From contig MU055574.1 in assembly GCA_013239625.1 (NCBI GenBank), positions 27,437,373-27,501,372 of the forward strand: a stretch of 64,000 nt of DNA. The letters run 5' to 3'. Of this stretch, positions 13,301 to 25,520 are shown piece after piece. A program made the position numbers and the translations under genes. Position 1 is the stretch's first letter. The number at the start of each line of letters is the position of its first letter. This DNA is from Lama guanicoe (lineage: Eukaryota). The notes under the pieces were generated by a model. The model searched no databases. It was given only the letters and a program-made list of their open reading frames with translations, and had not been told where the DNA came from.

Positions 13301-14148
13301 CCTTTCACCAGAAGTCAGGCCCGGGGTCGCCCACATGGTTTCAGGGTCAGTGGGTGGCTCTTGTCTGAGCATCACCAGAAAAGCCGGATTTTAAAGCTGC
13401 AGGAGACCCACCGGGTCAGGAGGACCAGTGCCCCCGGCGAGGCACTCGAGGAGGACAGAAGTTGGGGGGGCCGTGCGCGCCCCAACTGCTGTCTTTCCTG
13501 CCCCGCCCCCTACCCCCCACCGCGGAGCTGCCTGGCCGTCAGAGGAGCCGCCGGGGCCGTGTCCACGCTGCCAGAGCCCAGCCGGATGGGTCACGACCCA
13601 GACAGCAGGCGCTCCTGCACCACCCAGCCTACCTCCCAGCCCCGAGCGAGCTTACATTTGCCGGCTGCAGGCGCCCGCGGCTCTGGGGCGCTGCGGTGAC
13701 TGGCGGAGACTCGGCATCGCAGGGGATCTCCCTTCCTGTTGAGGAAAGCAGCAGAGGACTCGGAGGAGCATCCTCTCCCTGAGGCTGCACGTCTCGTGGC
13801 CCCTGTCTCCACAGTAGACGTATTTGCAGCCTTTAATCAGAACAGGTAACTACACAAATACATCTAAGGCGTGTTTGGTAGGCTCATGAAAGACAGCTTT
13901 ACCACGTTCACTGCAGGGCACTGGGGTCACTGGGCACAGTTCCTTTTCTTACAGATGCCACTGGTGCCAGTGGCAGAGAGCAGACACATACTGGACGCCC
14001 CACCGCTTTCATCTTTCCAGAGCACCCAAAGAGGGGTGGCTGCATCTTCTTTCTGCTGATAAGGGGCACCTCCTCCAAGTGATCCTCGGTCAGGCCCTAA
14101 GGTCGCTGCTCCCTCCTAGTGTTCACTACCCATCCCTGAGTGCCATCC

Positions 14149-14257
14149 TAGGGTCCCCACCTTCCCGGTTTGCCAGGACCGTCCTGGCTCTAGTGCTGCA
14201 AGTCCTGTGTCTGGGGAAAGGCCTCGGCCCCCAGAAACCAGGATGCCGGTCACCCTC
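14149..14257 (+). mobile_element. MER81-like hAT-Blackjack MITE
   Basis: About 110 bp with ends TAGGGT...GGTCACCCT and internal cccggtttgccaggac...aaaccaggatgccggtcaccct matching the recalled MER81 consensus. Confidence 0.75.
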
Positions 14258-14311
14258 TGACTCTGTAAAACCAAGGCCCCTTCACCTGACCTCAAGCAAG
14301 TCTCTACAACC

Positions 14312-14385
14312 ATGCTGTACACCAGAAATTAACACAACATTGTAAGCTGACTATGTTTCAATAAAACTTTAAAAAAAGAAAAATT
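14312..14385 (+). mobile_element. Extremely 5'-truncated L1 3' tail (cetartiodactyl/camelid type)
   Basis: atgctgtacaccagaaattaacacaacattgtaagctgactat...caataaa plus an A-rich tail, similar to the L1 end at ~1690-1740. Confidence 0.75.
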
Positions 14386-16281
14386 TAAGTGGAATTTTTA
14401 GTGAGAGAGGAAGGCAGTGGAATGAGCTGGGGAATGTGCCCTGGGACTTGGGACGATCGTTCTGCAAAAGCACTGAAGCTCCTCCTTGAAGGCGTGCATC
14501 TTTATTTACAGGCAGCATGGCTCCCGGTCCACCAGGGAGAGAAAGTCCAGATCCAACAGGTTTCCTCTCTCGGATTCCTATGATGTAACCAGCAGGGGAA
14601 TCATGTGCACGGCTTCACAGCACCATGGCAGCCGGTGGGGGCTGGCCGGCTGCTCACGCATGAACATCACCACTAATTGGCTCTCTGTTACCCTACAGCC
14701 CTCCCCGGGCTGGACTGTAGTTGCTTTGGGCCCACTCCCCAGCATGCAGAGCCCTGCGAGGTTGGGCGCACACATCTGCCATTCTCAGCACTTCCTGGGA
14801 CCAAATCCATGCAAATCCACTCACAAGGGCTGTGGTCCAGCAGCAGGTGGACGTGCCCACGGAACAAGCACACGGGGCTGAGGGGCCGAGCGGCTTCCGC
14901 GTTTGCTCCGGTCCCCAGAGGGTGCTGGGCTGGCGGGCTCTCGGAGGCGTGAGGAGATGCCAGCGAGCAGCTTCCAGGGCAGGACCTCAGTCATGCCGGT
15001 GCTGCCCCAGGGAGCAGGGCCATCTGGCCGGTGTGGCAAGTGGCTGCCAGCACAGCCTCCTTTTCCATCTCATTTCAGGAGAACTGGCGCCTGGGGCAGA
15101 GGCCCAGGCACAGTCTGGCATGAATCCGTCCCTGCGTCTGCTCTGCTCCTGGAAGAGAGGGGTCTGGAAGGACTATGGGAAGAGCGTGTGCATGCGTGTT
15201 CACACCTGCATGGCACCACCATCCGGAGAGCAGAAGGGTTAAGGGGAAGGTGTGTAATTGGCCCAAGAGCTCAGGGTGACGGGAGAAGCACATCAGGGAG
15301 GAAGGAGGAAACCAGGTGCTGAGGGCGGGAGACAAGAAAACATGTGCAAAGGAGATAGGTTGGAGGAGGCGGCAGACAGAACTGAGGAGAGACAGGGAGA
15401 GAAAGGACCTGACCTCCCCACACCCGCCCCTGAACCAGCACCAACCCTGACCGCAGCCGCGCAGCAATCACACCGCAGGGCACAGCCTGGTGCACTGGGG
15501 GCTGCACCCACCCCCTCCCGCGACGTGACTTCCTGTTTATTTCCAACATGTTGACGTCACGTGTTTACCAAGAGCTCAGAGGCCAAAGTTGCCACACTGA
15601 AGAGTGGGAAGAATTAAGCTCTTGAGGGAAAGTTTGTTTTTTCCAAAACAGGAGAACCAGGGCTCGAGGCGACCAGGATTCCATAGGGACAATCCTTGCT
15701 ATGACATGACCCTTGCATCTGGCCTCACTCTCAGCTCTGCCCGGGGCTGTCCTTTCTCCGGTTCCTCTGCCTTCAAAGAGCCCCCGGAGCACGCCAGCCG
15801 CGGCCAGCTGCCTCTCTGCACCTTGAAGCCACCACCAACCACTGGAATTTGTGCCATGGGCCAGCGGTGGAACATAATGAAGCTCCTCTCTCCACCTGGG
15901 AAAAGCACCCACCTGAGAGGCAGTGACAGAGTTTCTGATGAACATTTACTGCCACACGTTTTCAGGGGAAAAACGAGTAAGTAAAGCTCCTCTGGTCAAG
16001 GAGCACTGACAGTTGAAGGCGGGAAAGAAATGGGAGGAACCCCACTTCTTCTGGTCCTTTGATTTCTCACCTGGTGTCCATGCCAGAGCTGTGACATCAC
16101 AAGGCCAAAGGGCCAGAGGAGGGTAACGAGCCCTGCTAGCCAGGCCTTCAGCCCTGGCCTCACACCCGGTGCTCCTGACGAGGAAGCCGCTGGTACCTGG
16201 CTATCTGCAGACTCACTAGAAGAGAGAGTAGTCAGTGTGAGGGCACCTGCTTGTCAGGTAGAATCTTCAGAAATTGTCCAC

Positions 16282-16350
16282 GTATGTGTGTGTGTGCGTG
16301 TGTGTCTCTGTGCATGTGTGTATGTGTATGTGTGTGTATGTGTGTGTGTG
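16282..16350. repeat. Imperfect (TG)n microsatellite
   Basis: Alternating TG with TA/CG interruptions. Confidence 0.9.
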
Positions 16351-18074
16351 ACATTTACATAATCTCTTCGGGCTGTTTGCTAACCTGAGGATCCTCACGT
16401 CCTCTTCGCTGAGGACAGAGAAGCAACAGGAGTCATAGGAACCAGATTCAGCTGGGATAGGACAGCCCTGTCATGGCTTCCAACTCTCACTAACAGGCTT
16501 AAATCTGGAAAATCTACCACAGCCAAGGAGAAGCTGAAACTCCCAAAAGAATGGTACTTTCTGTTTTTCAAGGATTCTGATCCAATGGGAACTAGAAAAG
16601 AGGAAAACAGGAGAATCGTATTTTTAGTGGCTTCTTGAGTCATTAGTTCTGCCCTTTAGTCATGTGGGAACTAGGGCTGCCGTGTTCATGCGTTCACCAC
16701 ACCACTCACTCGTGGGAATATTTTTCTTCACTTTCACATGGTGCCACCTCAGTCCTCTCAGCAGGGGAAGGACTGATACGAGGAACACAGAAGTTCCAGC
16801 TGATCCTGCTTATTTCCAGTGAGTTCTGTTTAGGAGCTAAATACCTGATTGTGGGCTCCTTAAGCACGTGGGCCCTGCTCCTTCTCCGGAGTCTGTTCTG
16901 GAAGCTTCCAGAGCCTGAGGGCAGCAGCAGCAGCTCTGGGTTGTTGCTGCACCTGGAGGTGAGATGTGCTGGACCCTTGCCTCCATTTTCAGGCAGCAGA
17001 GGGACAAATCCCGGGGCCTCACCCCGTCAGGGAGGAAGGCCACCCCGACGGGTACCAGAGCTAAGGGCTCGGGTGGCTGAAGGACTTTGGGGAGGACAGC
17101 ACCCGAGACCACAGGAGCCAGCAAGGAGTCACGTGGTCTTTGGAGTGAGGTGACATCTGACACAAAGCCACCCCCACACAAGGCCATAACTAGAGCTCTG
17201 CAGCTGGTGGTCCTGGGTGAACAATGGATGGGGGTGTGCTGAGACCACCTCCCGCACCTCTTTGTGCTGGCGAGTGCATGAGCGTGTGCACACATGTGCC
17301 TCTGCAATCCTGAAAGCCAGTCATTCCTGGTGCCAAGATCCATATCTTGGCTCTCCATGGGACCCTGCACCTGCTGTGCAGGCCTTGGGGCTGCAGGGAC
17401 CGGGCAGGTGGCTTGTACGCAGATGAAGACCTGGTGAAGAGCCGGCTCACTACATCGGTGTCTTCAGAAATATTGTGGCCCTGGTCAAGCTTCTGCAGAC
17501 TGGCCTCAGACAAGCCCTTATGGAAACTGTCATTCAGGACAGAGCCAGGATGGCCTGGGGACCGCACTGCTGGTCAGCCGCAGGTCAGCTGCAGAGCCAA
17601 AACTCTTTACAAGCAGTGAGGCTGTGGGTGTCCCAGTGGGGCCTTGAGTGATATCACGTGTGTTCTTGGGGAGCAGACACGGACGCCCCACCGTCAGACA
17701 GCCAGGCCTGGAACGTTGGAATATTTGCAGAACTCTGGGATGCTGCAAAGGCCACATCTGGATGTTGTGGAATGAAGTATGTGTCTCTTCTTCAGGGTGG
17801 TGGCAGTCCCTGCCCCAGCCTGAGGCTGCCAGGGTCCAGACTGCACAGAATAGCGAAAGACAGAGGGACGCACGAGTCCTGCCACCTCGGAGCCATCCCA
17901 CCATGGGCAGAGGCCCTCTGCAAAGGAGTCATCCACACTGCTGGCCTCCACGCCCACAGAGCCCTCGCTGAGTCAAGTCCGGCCCCGGTGTGTCCGAGAG
18001 CAGAAGCTTCCCACAGAAACCACAGGAGTTTGGCTGCTGGAGGAAGTGGACACTTGTGCCTGGTGGTTTAAAGC

Positions 18075-18145
18075 CTTTTCGCTTTTGTTTTTTCTGCAGC
18101 TGTGACACTCCCTGAGTGATTCTGACACAGGTCTTCTGAGGGACA
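18075..18145. mobile_element. Possible MER5-like terminus
   Basis: ctccctgagtgattctgacacagg resembles the MER5 subterminal motif. Confidence 0.3.
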
Positions 18146-21100
18146 ATGACCACCTTCCTTTTTGGAGAACTGGGGAAAGAAAGGCTCGGGGTGGCCATGG
18201 TCCAGCCAGGGAGGTGGAGCCAGCCAGGCGAGCATGGCCTGGGTCTCTCCTGATGCAGCCTGTCACCTCTGGGGACAGAACAGACACTCGGTGCCGCTCC
18301 AGTGGGGCTTCAGAGATGGCTCGTTGCAGCCCTGCCGATGCCCGCCCCCAGGGAGTCAGCCTGCTCCCTGTCTCCCTGATTCACACGCTCACCCCGGAAG
18401 GGTTTTGTCGGTCACCTGAGTTCAAGAAAGTCCTGCAGGAAGAGTGGGGACCGGCCCCCCGCCCTGAAGGCAGGGCAGAGGGGGCGTGTGAACTGCGACA
18501 GGTGGCGGTGGATCCCACTTGTGACGGCCCCCCAGGCCCGAGCCTTGCTGTCAGAGAGGCAGCACAAGCTGAGGGAGCCGGGGGGCTGTGTCTCGCCCAG
18601 GCCGCACGCAGGCAAGAGGCATGTGTGCGCCCTCACTGAGTCTAGGGGCCTGTGAGTGCCTCGCACCTCAACGCTGTGCTGCCAGAGCGGGAGAGGACAT
18701 GAGAAGAAACAGAGTTCCTATTCATGGTGGGCAGCCACCACGGCACCACACACAGTAGAGTCAGAAACCAGGTGCCCAGGGACACAGACAAGCCCTGCTC
18801 CGCTGCCTCCCGGACTCTGAGCAAACCAGCTGGTCCCTGGTCTTGTGGGTGCAGGGCCATCCAGTCGCCTGAACCCAGACCTCGGTCGTGAACCCCGCTC
18901 CGCCCTCCCAGAGATGCGGGTCAGGAGAGGCCCAATCCGCGTGAGGCGGGCGTGTGCAGGGCTGCTCTCGGGTCTGACGCTGGCGTGTGCAGGTAGGAGG
19001 CCAGAGCTCGCTGCTAAAGGAGAAAGTCCCGGGCGAGAAGAGGGTTTGCTGTGACTCTGGGTGGAGCGTGTCGGCGCAGCCCCTCGGCCTGCAGGAGAAA
19101 CACCCTCCCACCTGCTTTGCTTCTCGCCGTGTTCAGACGTCAGGCCTCAGGTGTCTCCCCGGCGGTCAGGCCCCACCCGGCCAGTGGGCAGCTTGGCGGT
19201 GCCTCTGGTGAGTGGAAGCTCCTTGGGACTTTAGGAGCAGGACGGCCCGCCCCCTGCTCCTCTGCGGGGACTGTCTCCTCCCCAGGGACCCAGCGACTCC
19301 CAGGGCCAGCGCCGCTGCTCTCAGCAGGGCCGTAGGGGGCTCCGGTGTTGTTCTCCTGGTCCACATGCCCCCCGATGATCGGAGCCCTGGGTGCAGCCCT
19401 GCTCTTCCCGCACGTGCCCCCTGCACACGGGATGGAGTCTGGACCCGAATGACCCAGGAGAGCCGGAGTAACTTCCCAGCAGTTTCTCCACTTGAAATCA
19501 CTTTCCTCCGGAGGCATCTTAAGTTTTAGGCGTTGAAGCACCCAAAGGTGCCGCAGGGCTTGGAAAGGGCACAGTCAGACCAGGCAGGTGCTGAGGTCGA
19601 CTGACATTGCCCCTGACTTCACTGCCAGACGGGCTTGGTGGCTGTGCTTGACCACCCTGCTTGCCACTGTCCTGGCCGACAATTGGTTGGGATGTTCAGG
19701 TGCTGAGTTGGCCTACGCTCTAACCAGGTCCACGGTAGCCGCTGACGGATGTAACACCCGTGATTGCCCTGACGTGATGGAGAGGCCGGTGGAGCCTGGG
19801 GCGCAGCAAGAGTATGTCAGGGCCGGACTCCGTACTGGAGCCAGCTGGCCAGCACGCATGTGCCCCCAACCTGCCAGGAGTACGTCCCGGAGTGAGAGCT
19901 GATTCCGGGACGTCTTGGAGGCTGGAGGCTCCTCGCGGTCTGTGCTGCTGTCACTGACACTGGATCATAGCCTTAGTCCTACAGAGTAACTGTGCAGGCT
20001 AGGCCGCTCACTGAGTGCTTCTGCAGAGTTCTGACCCAGAGTTACGAAGCTGGCACCCCCGAGTGTGAGTCAATACTCTCTTCTGCCCTTTTTGGAGCTT
20101 CCTCAACCCAAATGCCCCAAGTTGGTCTTCTGCCCCAGGACCATCGGGGCCTTCGCCCTCCTGTGGCCCCCTCTGTGTGCCGTCGGACCCCACGGTGAGG
20201 AGAAACGCATGGATGCGATTTCTAAGTCAGCGTGGAAATACCTGGTTTCCTTCAAAACACTGCCTGAGGGTTTAGTGCCAACCCCAGCCCCTAGATAACA
20301 CTTTGCGCAAGGGATCCGCCACATTCACCAGCCAGAGGTCTGGGGAGGGACGGGCCGGCTGGGGACGCCTGGCCACCACTCCCGCTGAGCCTCAGTGTCC
20401 TCGGCGTGAGTGGGGCTCGAGGCAGCGCCTGTCTCCCGGGGCTGTGCAGACTGAGTTCGGACTGGAATTGCCAGACCCAGAAGGACTGCCAGGTATACCA
20501 ACCATCCCTTCATTCCGTCAGCCACTCTGGGGTCTCTGTGGATTCTCTTCTGTCAAAAGCTGCATTTGCCCCCATTTTTACTGTTGTGCTGAAAGCGTGA
20601 CAGCAACACATGCCGCGGAAGCAGAGCGAGAAGGACATGGCGTCGTCACAGGTTAGTTTGCCCTGCATGGAGGCTGAGTCCAGGCGAGCTGGAAACAGGC
20701 CCCTTCCCATTAACAGCAAAAGTAAGATACATTTACCGCAAACACAGGCAGTCGTCTTGCATAGAAGAGCCGCTCGAATTTATCAAGTTTCCAAACTCAG
20801 GAAGCTCGTTGTTCGTTAGAGCACACATAAATAAAGTTGGCTTTTTGGTGTGAAAAAGAAGGGACCAAAGGACGCATCACTGCAAAGAAACACCTACACT
20901 TTAACAGCAGACCCCACTTTCCCAGAGCACCGGGGGTTGCGGGGGGGGGGGGGCTCGGCCCCTGAACCCTGAGTCCTCTAAGTCCACACAGCCTGGCCCG
21001 CTGTTCCCACCTCTGACATGGATCTCCGAGCTGTGTTTGCCCTTCCACTTCCCCTACTTCTAACTGTGGTTTTAAAAGTTATGTGACTGGCCAGACAGAT

Positions 21101-24100
21101 CCAGAGCACCAAACATAAAAATTTCAGTGAAGTTGGCTGAATTCTCCAGTAAATCTCTCATCCAGACTAGATATTGTTAGTAAATCTGTGTTTTCACTGG
21201 CCTCTGATGGGAGATCTTAAAATCTGAAAGAGCTGTAATATGGCAGGATTTTATTTGAAGTGATGACAACTCTCTGTTAAAATATTTAATCAGGTAATAA
21301 AACATTCGAGAAAAGCCTGCGGCAACAAAACCGCCCGTCTGGGGGAAGACGTGAGGTCCTACAGCAAGGAGAAGGGCCTCTGGCCTCTGCTGCTCTTTCC
21401 TAGTATCTGCCCCTCTTTTTAAACACTGCCAATTAGATGGATTTAAAATTCAACGGGGCGTTCTTTACTCAAAGGAGACCATTTTAGTTTGAGGAGGAGC
21501 GGATTTAAAGCAGAAATTCTCCCCTGCGGTGCCCCGATCAGCTATTGATTGGGGAGGTGGCCGACCTAAATCATCAATGCCAGATAATAGGCCTTCAGCC
21601 CGACCCTCTGAACGCAGCACGTTTGTTGTAGGAAAAGTGAAGCCGACCTTTTGTGGAGACCCAAAGGCTCTGGTCTCGCTCCAGGAAAAGAAATGTTAAT
21701 TGAAAAATTCCTCAGATAGGTGAAGGCCCTGAGGCTGCCTTACAGAAAGGTGTGAAATCACCATGGAGGGGGGGGCGGGCAAGAAGGGGCCCAGCCTCGG
21801 GCGGGGGCCGCCTCTGGGGCTGCTGATTAATTTCCCATTCAGGGCGGCGGCTGATGGAACCGAGGCTTTCAGCAGAGGGGCCGACGACAGCTGGGCCCGC
21901 GTGCCAGGGGAGCCGGAATTAATTGGCCCCTTGACGGGGAAAGTCAAACAAAGAAACTTCCTACTGGATGCTAAGAAATAAAGCCTGACGTTTACATGAA
22001 AAATCAGCGCGCGGCCATCTCCAATCCCGTCGGTTAGGGACCTTGGGTAAACAGCCCTGCCGCCCCCACCCGAGCTCCTCGGAGGCCCTGCGCGGCACAC
22101 TCGGGAGCTTCAAGCCCACAGGAGTTGCTGCAAAACCGCTGTCCCAAACCAGCCTGTGCTGAGTGTGGACAGAGAACCAGAGCGTCTGACAAGCGGGGAG
22201 AGCGTGGGGGTGTCTCAGGAGACGTGGGGCAGCAGAGGCAGGGGATGCGTGACTGACCATCAGACCCTCTGCTCCAGGCCGGACCCTCACCCCCACCCTG
22301 CTGCTGTCCACGCCGGCCTTTCGCCTCTCTGACCCCTTAAACTGTCCAGACCATTAGCCAGAGTTGACAGAAAGAAAACATTTCAATTTCCTTTCATCTC
22401 AGCTGAAAAAAACCAAGCCATAGAGCAGCGGACATGGCCCCAGGCAGGGCCTTGGCTCTGGTGGTGAGGACCATCCCAGCTCCCAGGTTCCCAGACACAA
22501 GGCGGGCTCAGCAGAGCGTCAGGAAGCAGGAATGGGTGGGTTTTCCTGAAGATGGCGGAGCCCCAGAGACCAGCACGGGACCAGCAGCCCGAGGACCCGC
22601 TCTGCCAAGTGTCTAAGCTGGAGATAGCTCCTACCTTCTGCTGGGAGATGTCGGTCCCCCGACACGTGCACACAACCGCTCCCCCATCACCCAGCACCCT
22701 GCCTGGAGAGCAGACAGACAGACAGAAGACAGAACAAAGATTTAGAGCCTGGCTGTCAAGTACCAACGGCTGACACCAAGTGCCAGGCACGTGGACTTCA
22801 GGAGCATGGCGGCCGAGCCTCAGAACTCTCCGCTCCCCCTGCATGGAGACCTTCTCCTAGCACATAGCATCTGTCCTGGTGAAATTAAATGAAAAATGCA
22901 TTTGGAAGCTTCAGGGTAAAACCCCCACTTCTCGCTAACTAGGAAGGGAGCGTGTCGCGGGGACCAGAGGTGTGTGCTCCACCCCTCCCGGCCTCCAGAC
23001 TCCAGCCGGTGGACAGAGGTATGATGCAGGTACCTGATGACTGCTGCGGGTCAGAGAGCGTTCAACCCAGTCAGGAGCCCGGCGCTGGAGGACAGACGGC
23101 CTCGGGAGGAGCCGCAGGAGTGGCCTCGTCCAGCCCCAAAGCAGCTGGACCGCTCAGGAGTGGTTACGTGGGCCTTGTCGTTTTTCTCAAAAACCAGGGC
23201 TGAGCACAAGGCAGCGGCCCCCATGCCTCCCCAGGGAACTGTCTGGATCCACCTGGAGAGAGGCTTCCCCGCTAAGTGCGTCCAGTAGGGCCAGTGCTGC
23301 CAAGAGTAGGCCCCATGTCCTGTGAGAAACAGTTGAGGGGCGGCCGTGGCTCTGGACCCCACAGCGGGCATCCTGGGGGTGCAGACCCTCGGGACAGCAC
23401 CCTGCCCTGTGGAGGGTGGTAGAGGGACCCTTGTAGAGGGTCCTTCTCAGGGCCCTCTTCTCAGAGCCTCTTCCTTCAAGCTGTTTCTTCCTTTGTATTC
23501 TCCTTGAAGGTCTGCTGATCTTTGACTGTCTGCTGCTCCATATTCATGAGGGGAAGACCAGACTGATTATGGTAGGTCTCTTGTGTGTAGATTTCCTTGC
23601 TATTGCCCGTTCCCTGGAGAAGAGGGCTTCTCAGGGCTGTGACCATCTTCAGACCAGGCACGTGGCTACCACTGGCCTCTCCACCAGTAACGGTGACAGC
23701 GTGAAGTCCCCAGTCGGGAGGGACTCACCTCACGGAAGCCGGCCTGTGGCAGGGGCAGTGGAGGCAGCTGAGGGCCAGGACAGGTGACCAGGGCTGGAGG
23801 GCCTTCTGCTCCAGTGAGTCTGCATCTCCTCTCCATCAGAGCTTTTCAACAGTCAGACAAGAGCACGGAGAAGAAAGTTCTGTGAAGCTCTCCGGTGTTG
23901 CATGTTCTTCTGAGGAAGTCCAGGGGCAGAGTTCCCCAGAGAGAAACGGGCGGCAGACACTGGAGAGTGCGGCCAGTTCAGAACACGGTTTTCTTCTGCG
24001 CTGGGGGCCCGTGCACCTGAGTGACTGTCGGCACGGTCGCCTAGGGCAGCCTTGACCACTGACCAGGTGTGCAGTGTGCAGGGCACCTGCAGGCCATGTT

Positions 24101-25009
24101 CTCAGGCCTCTGAGGGGAAAGGTTCACGTGGGACAGCAGGAGGAGCCCCCAACAAGAAAGGTCACGAAAGCCACGGAAGGGACGGGAGCTCAGCCACAAC
24201 AAACGTACTTACAGTGACAAAATGCACACAAACCAAAGTGCCCGACAGAAGCGGGTTGCTTGTGTAAACTTGGAGTCTGCGTGTGATGGGAGACCCTGTT
24301 CAGAGGCAATTCCAACCCAGCAGAGCGGCCCTCCAGCCTGGGGGGATGGGCAGCACCCGGTCTCCGGGGGGCAGGCGGCCGAGGGCCTGGAGCGTCCCTG
24401 GTCCCACGACCCTCCAGCCCTACGACTGTCTGAGACGCGATCCCTCGGACAAGCTGAGGAGAGAAACCGTCTCCCTAGAAAAGCTCGCGTGCACCGCTGT
24501 CTTGCCCGCAGTTTGGGGAGTTTCACGGCAGCGTGGACGCGTGACTCTGGGTGGTCCCCGCGGCCTTTGTGTTCCTCAAGGACACATAGGTGTCACTCAG
24601 CCCCATGTGCTTCCTAATGCAAGAGGAGCCCCCCAGCCCAGAAAGTGGGTCAGTCCAGACCCGCAGGCTCAGGACATAGAATTGTCCATCCAAGTGATCC
24701 TCTGGCCCCAGAGCTGGGAAAGAGGGGGAGGCTGGCAACCCCACCGGACTGCAGAGTCCTGTAATTGCGGGAAGAGGAGGGACCACTCCCCCGACACAGA
24801 GCTGAGTGGGGTCGTGGGCACCAGACCCAGGTTCCGTCTGAGACACAACCCAGCAAAGCCTGCTCCCCAAAGCCCCCACAGCGCCCGCCTCTCAGCTTCC
24901 GAGAAGCCGGCGGCGGCGTCAGGGACTGAGCCAGAGCGTGCTCTGGAATAGAGGGGACACAAGTGAACATACTCCTTCACAGTCCACCTTCATAAGCGAT
25001 AAAAATATA

Positions 25010-25520
25010 AGTTAAAATTACCAAATTTGCATAAAGTTTTAAAGTATCCACGTTTCTTGTCAGCAAGGATACAGGGTGTACACATTGTCATATACAGCTG
25101 GGAAACACGTGTTCCAATTTTTGGAGGACGATGAAGAAATGTAATCAGAACCTGGAAAAGGTTTCTTCTGTCTTTACCACTAATTTTGCTTCCTGAAATT
25201 TATGTTAAAGAAATAATTACAAATTTACTCAACAACTTTTATACCAGCACATTAGTTATAGATTTGTTTAGTAGTAATAATAATAGGCTAGACATTGATC
25301 ACCAAAAACAGGGCCTTAGTTAAATTGGTTTTAGAACACCTGTATAAAAGGTGCTCTGTAGACGTCGTAAAACCCTGCTTCAGGCAGAAGTGCCCGCAGC
25401 AAGGCGACAGTCTTGCCACGTTGCAGTGTGGTGACAATACGGAACCGTAACGGGGAAATTATTGGGAGAATGGATCTTACGTTATGTGGGGGTTTTTGCC
25501 ACAAATAAAGAAAAAAACTG
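25010..25520 (+). mobile_element. Old L1ME-like 3' fragment
   Basis: AT-rich island with tttaccactaattttgcttcctgaaatttatgttaaagaaataat, which is L1 3'-like. Confidence 0.55.

Noticed and set aside
17347-17619. Peptide FCRLASDKPLWK resembling the end of an F-box motif
   Set aside because: The upstream LPxEllxxIfsyL core is missing and there is no other pseudogene evidence; likely chance. A tBLASTn/HMMER search would settle it.
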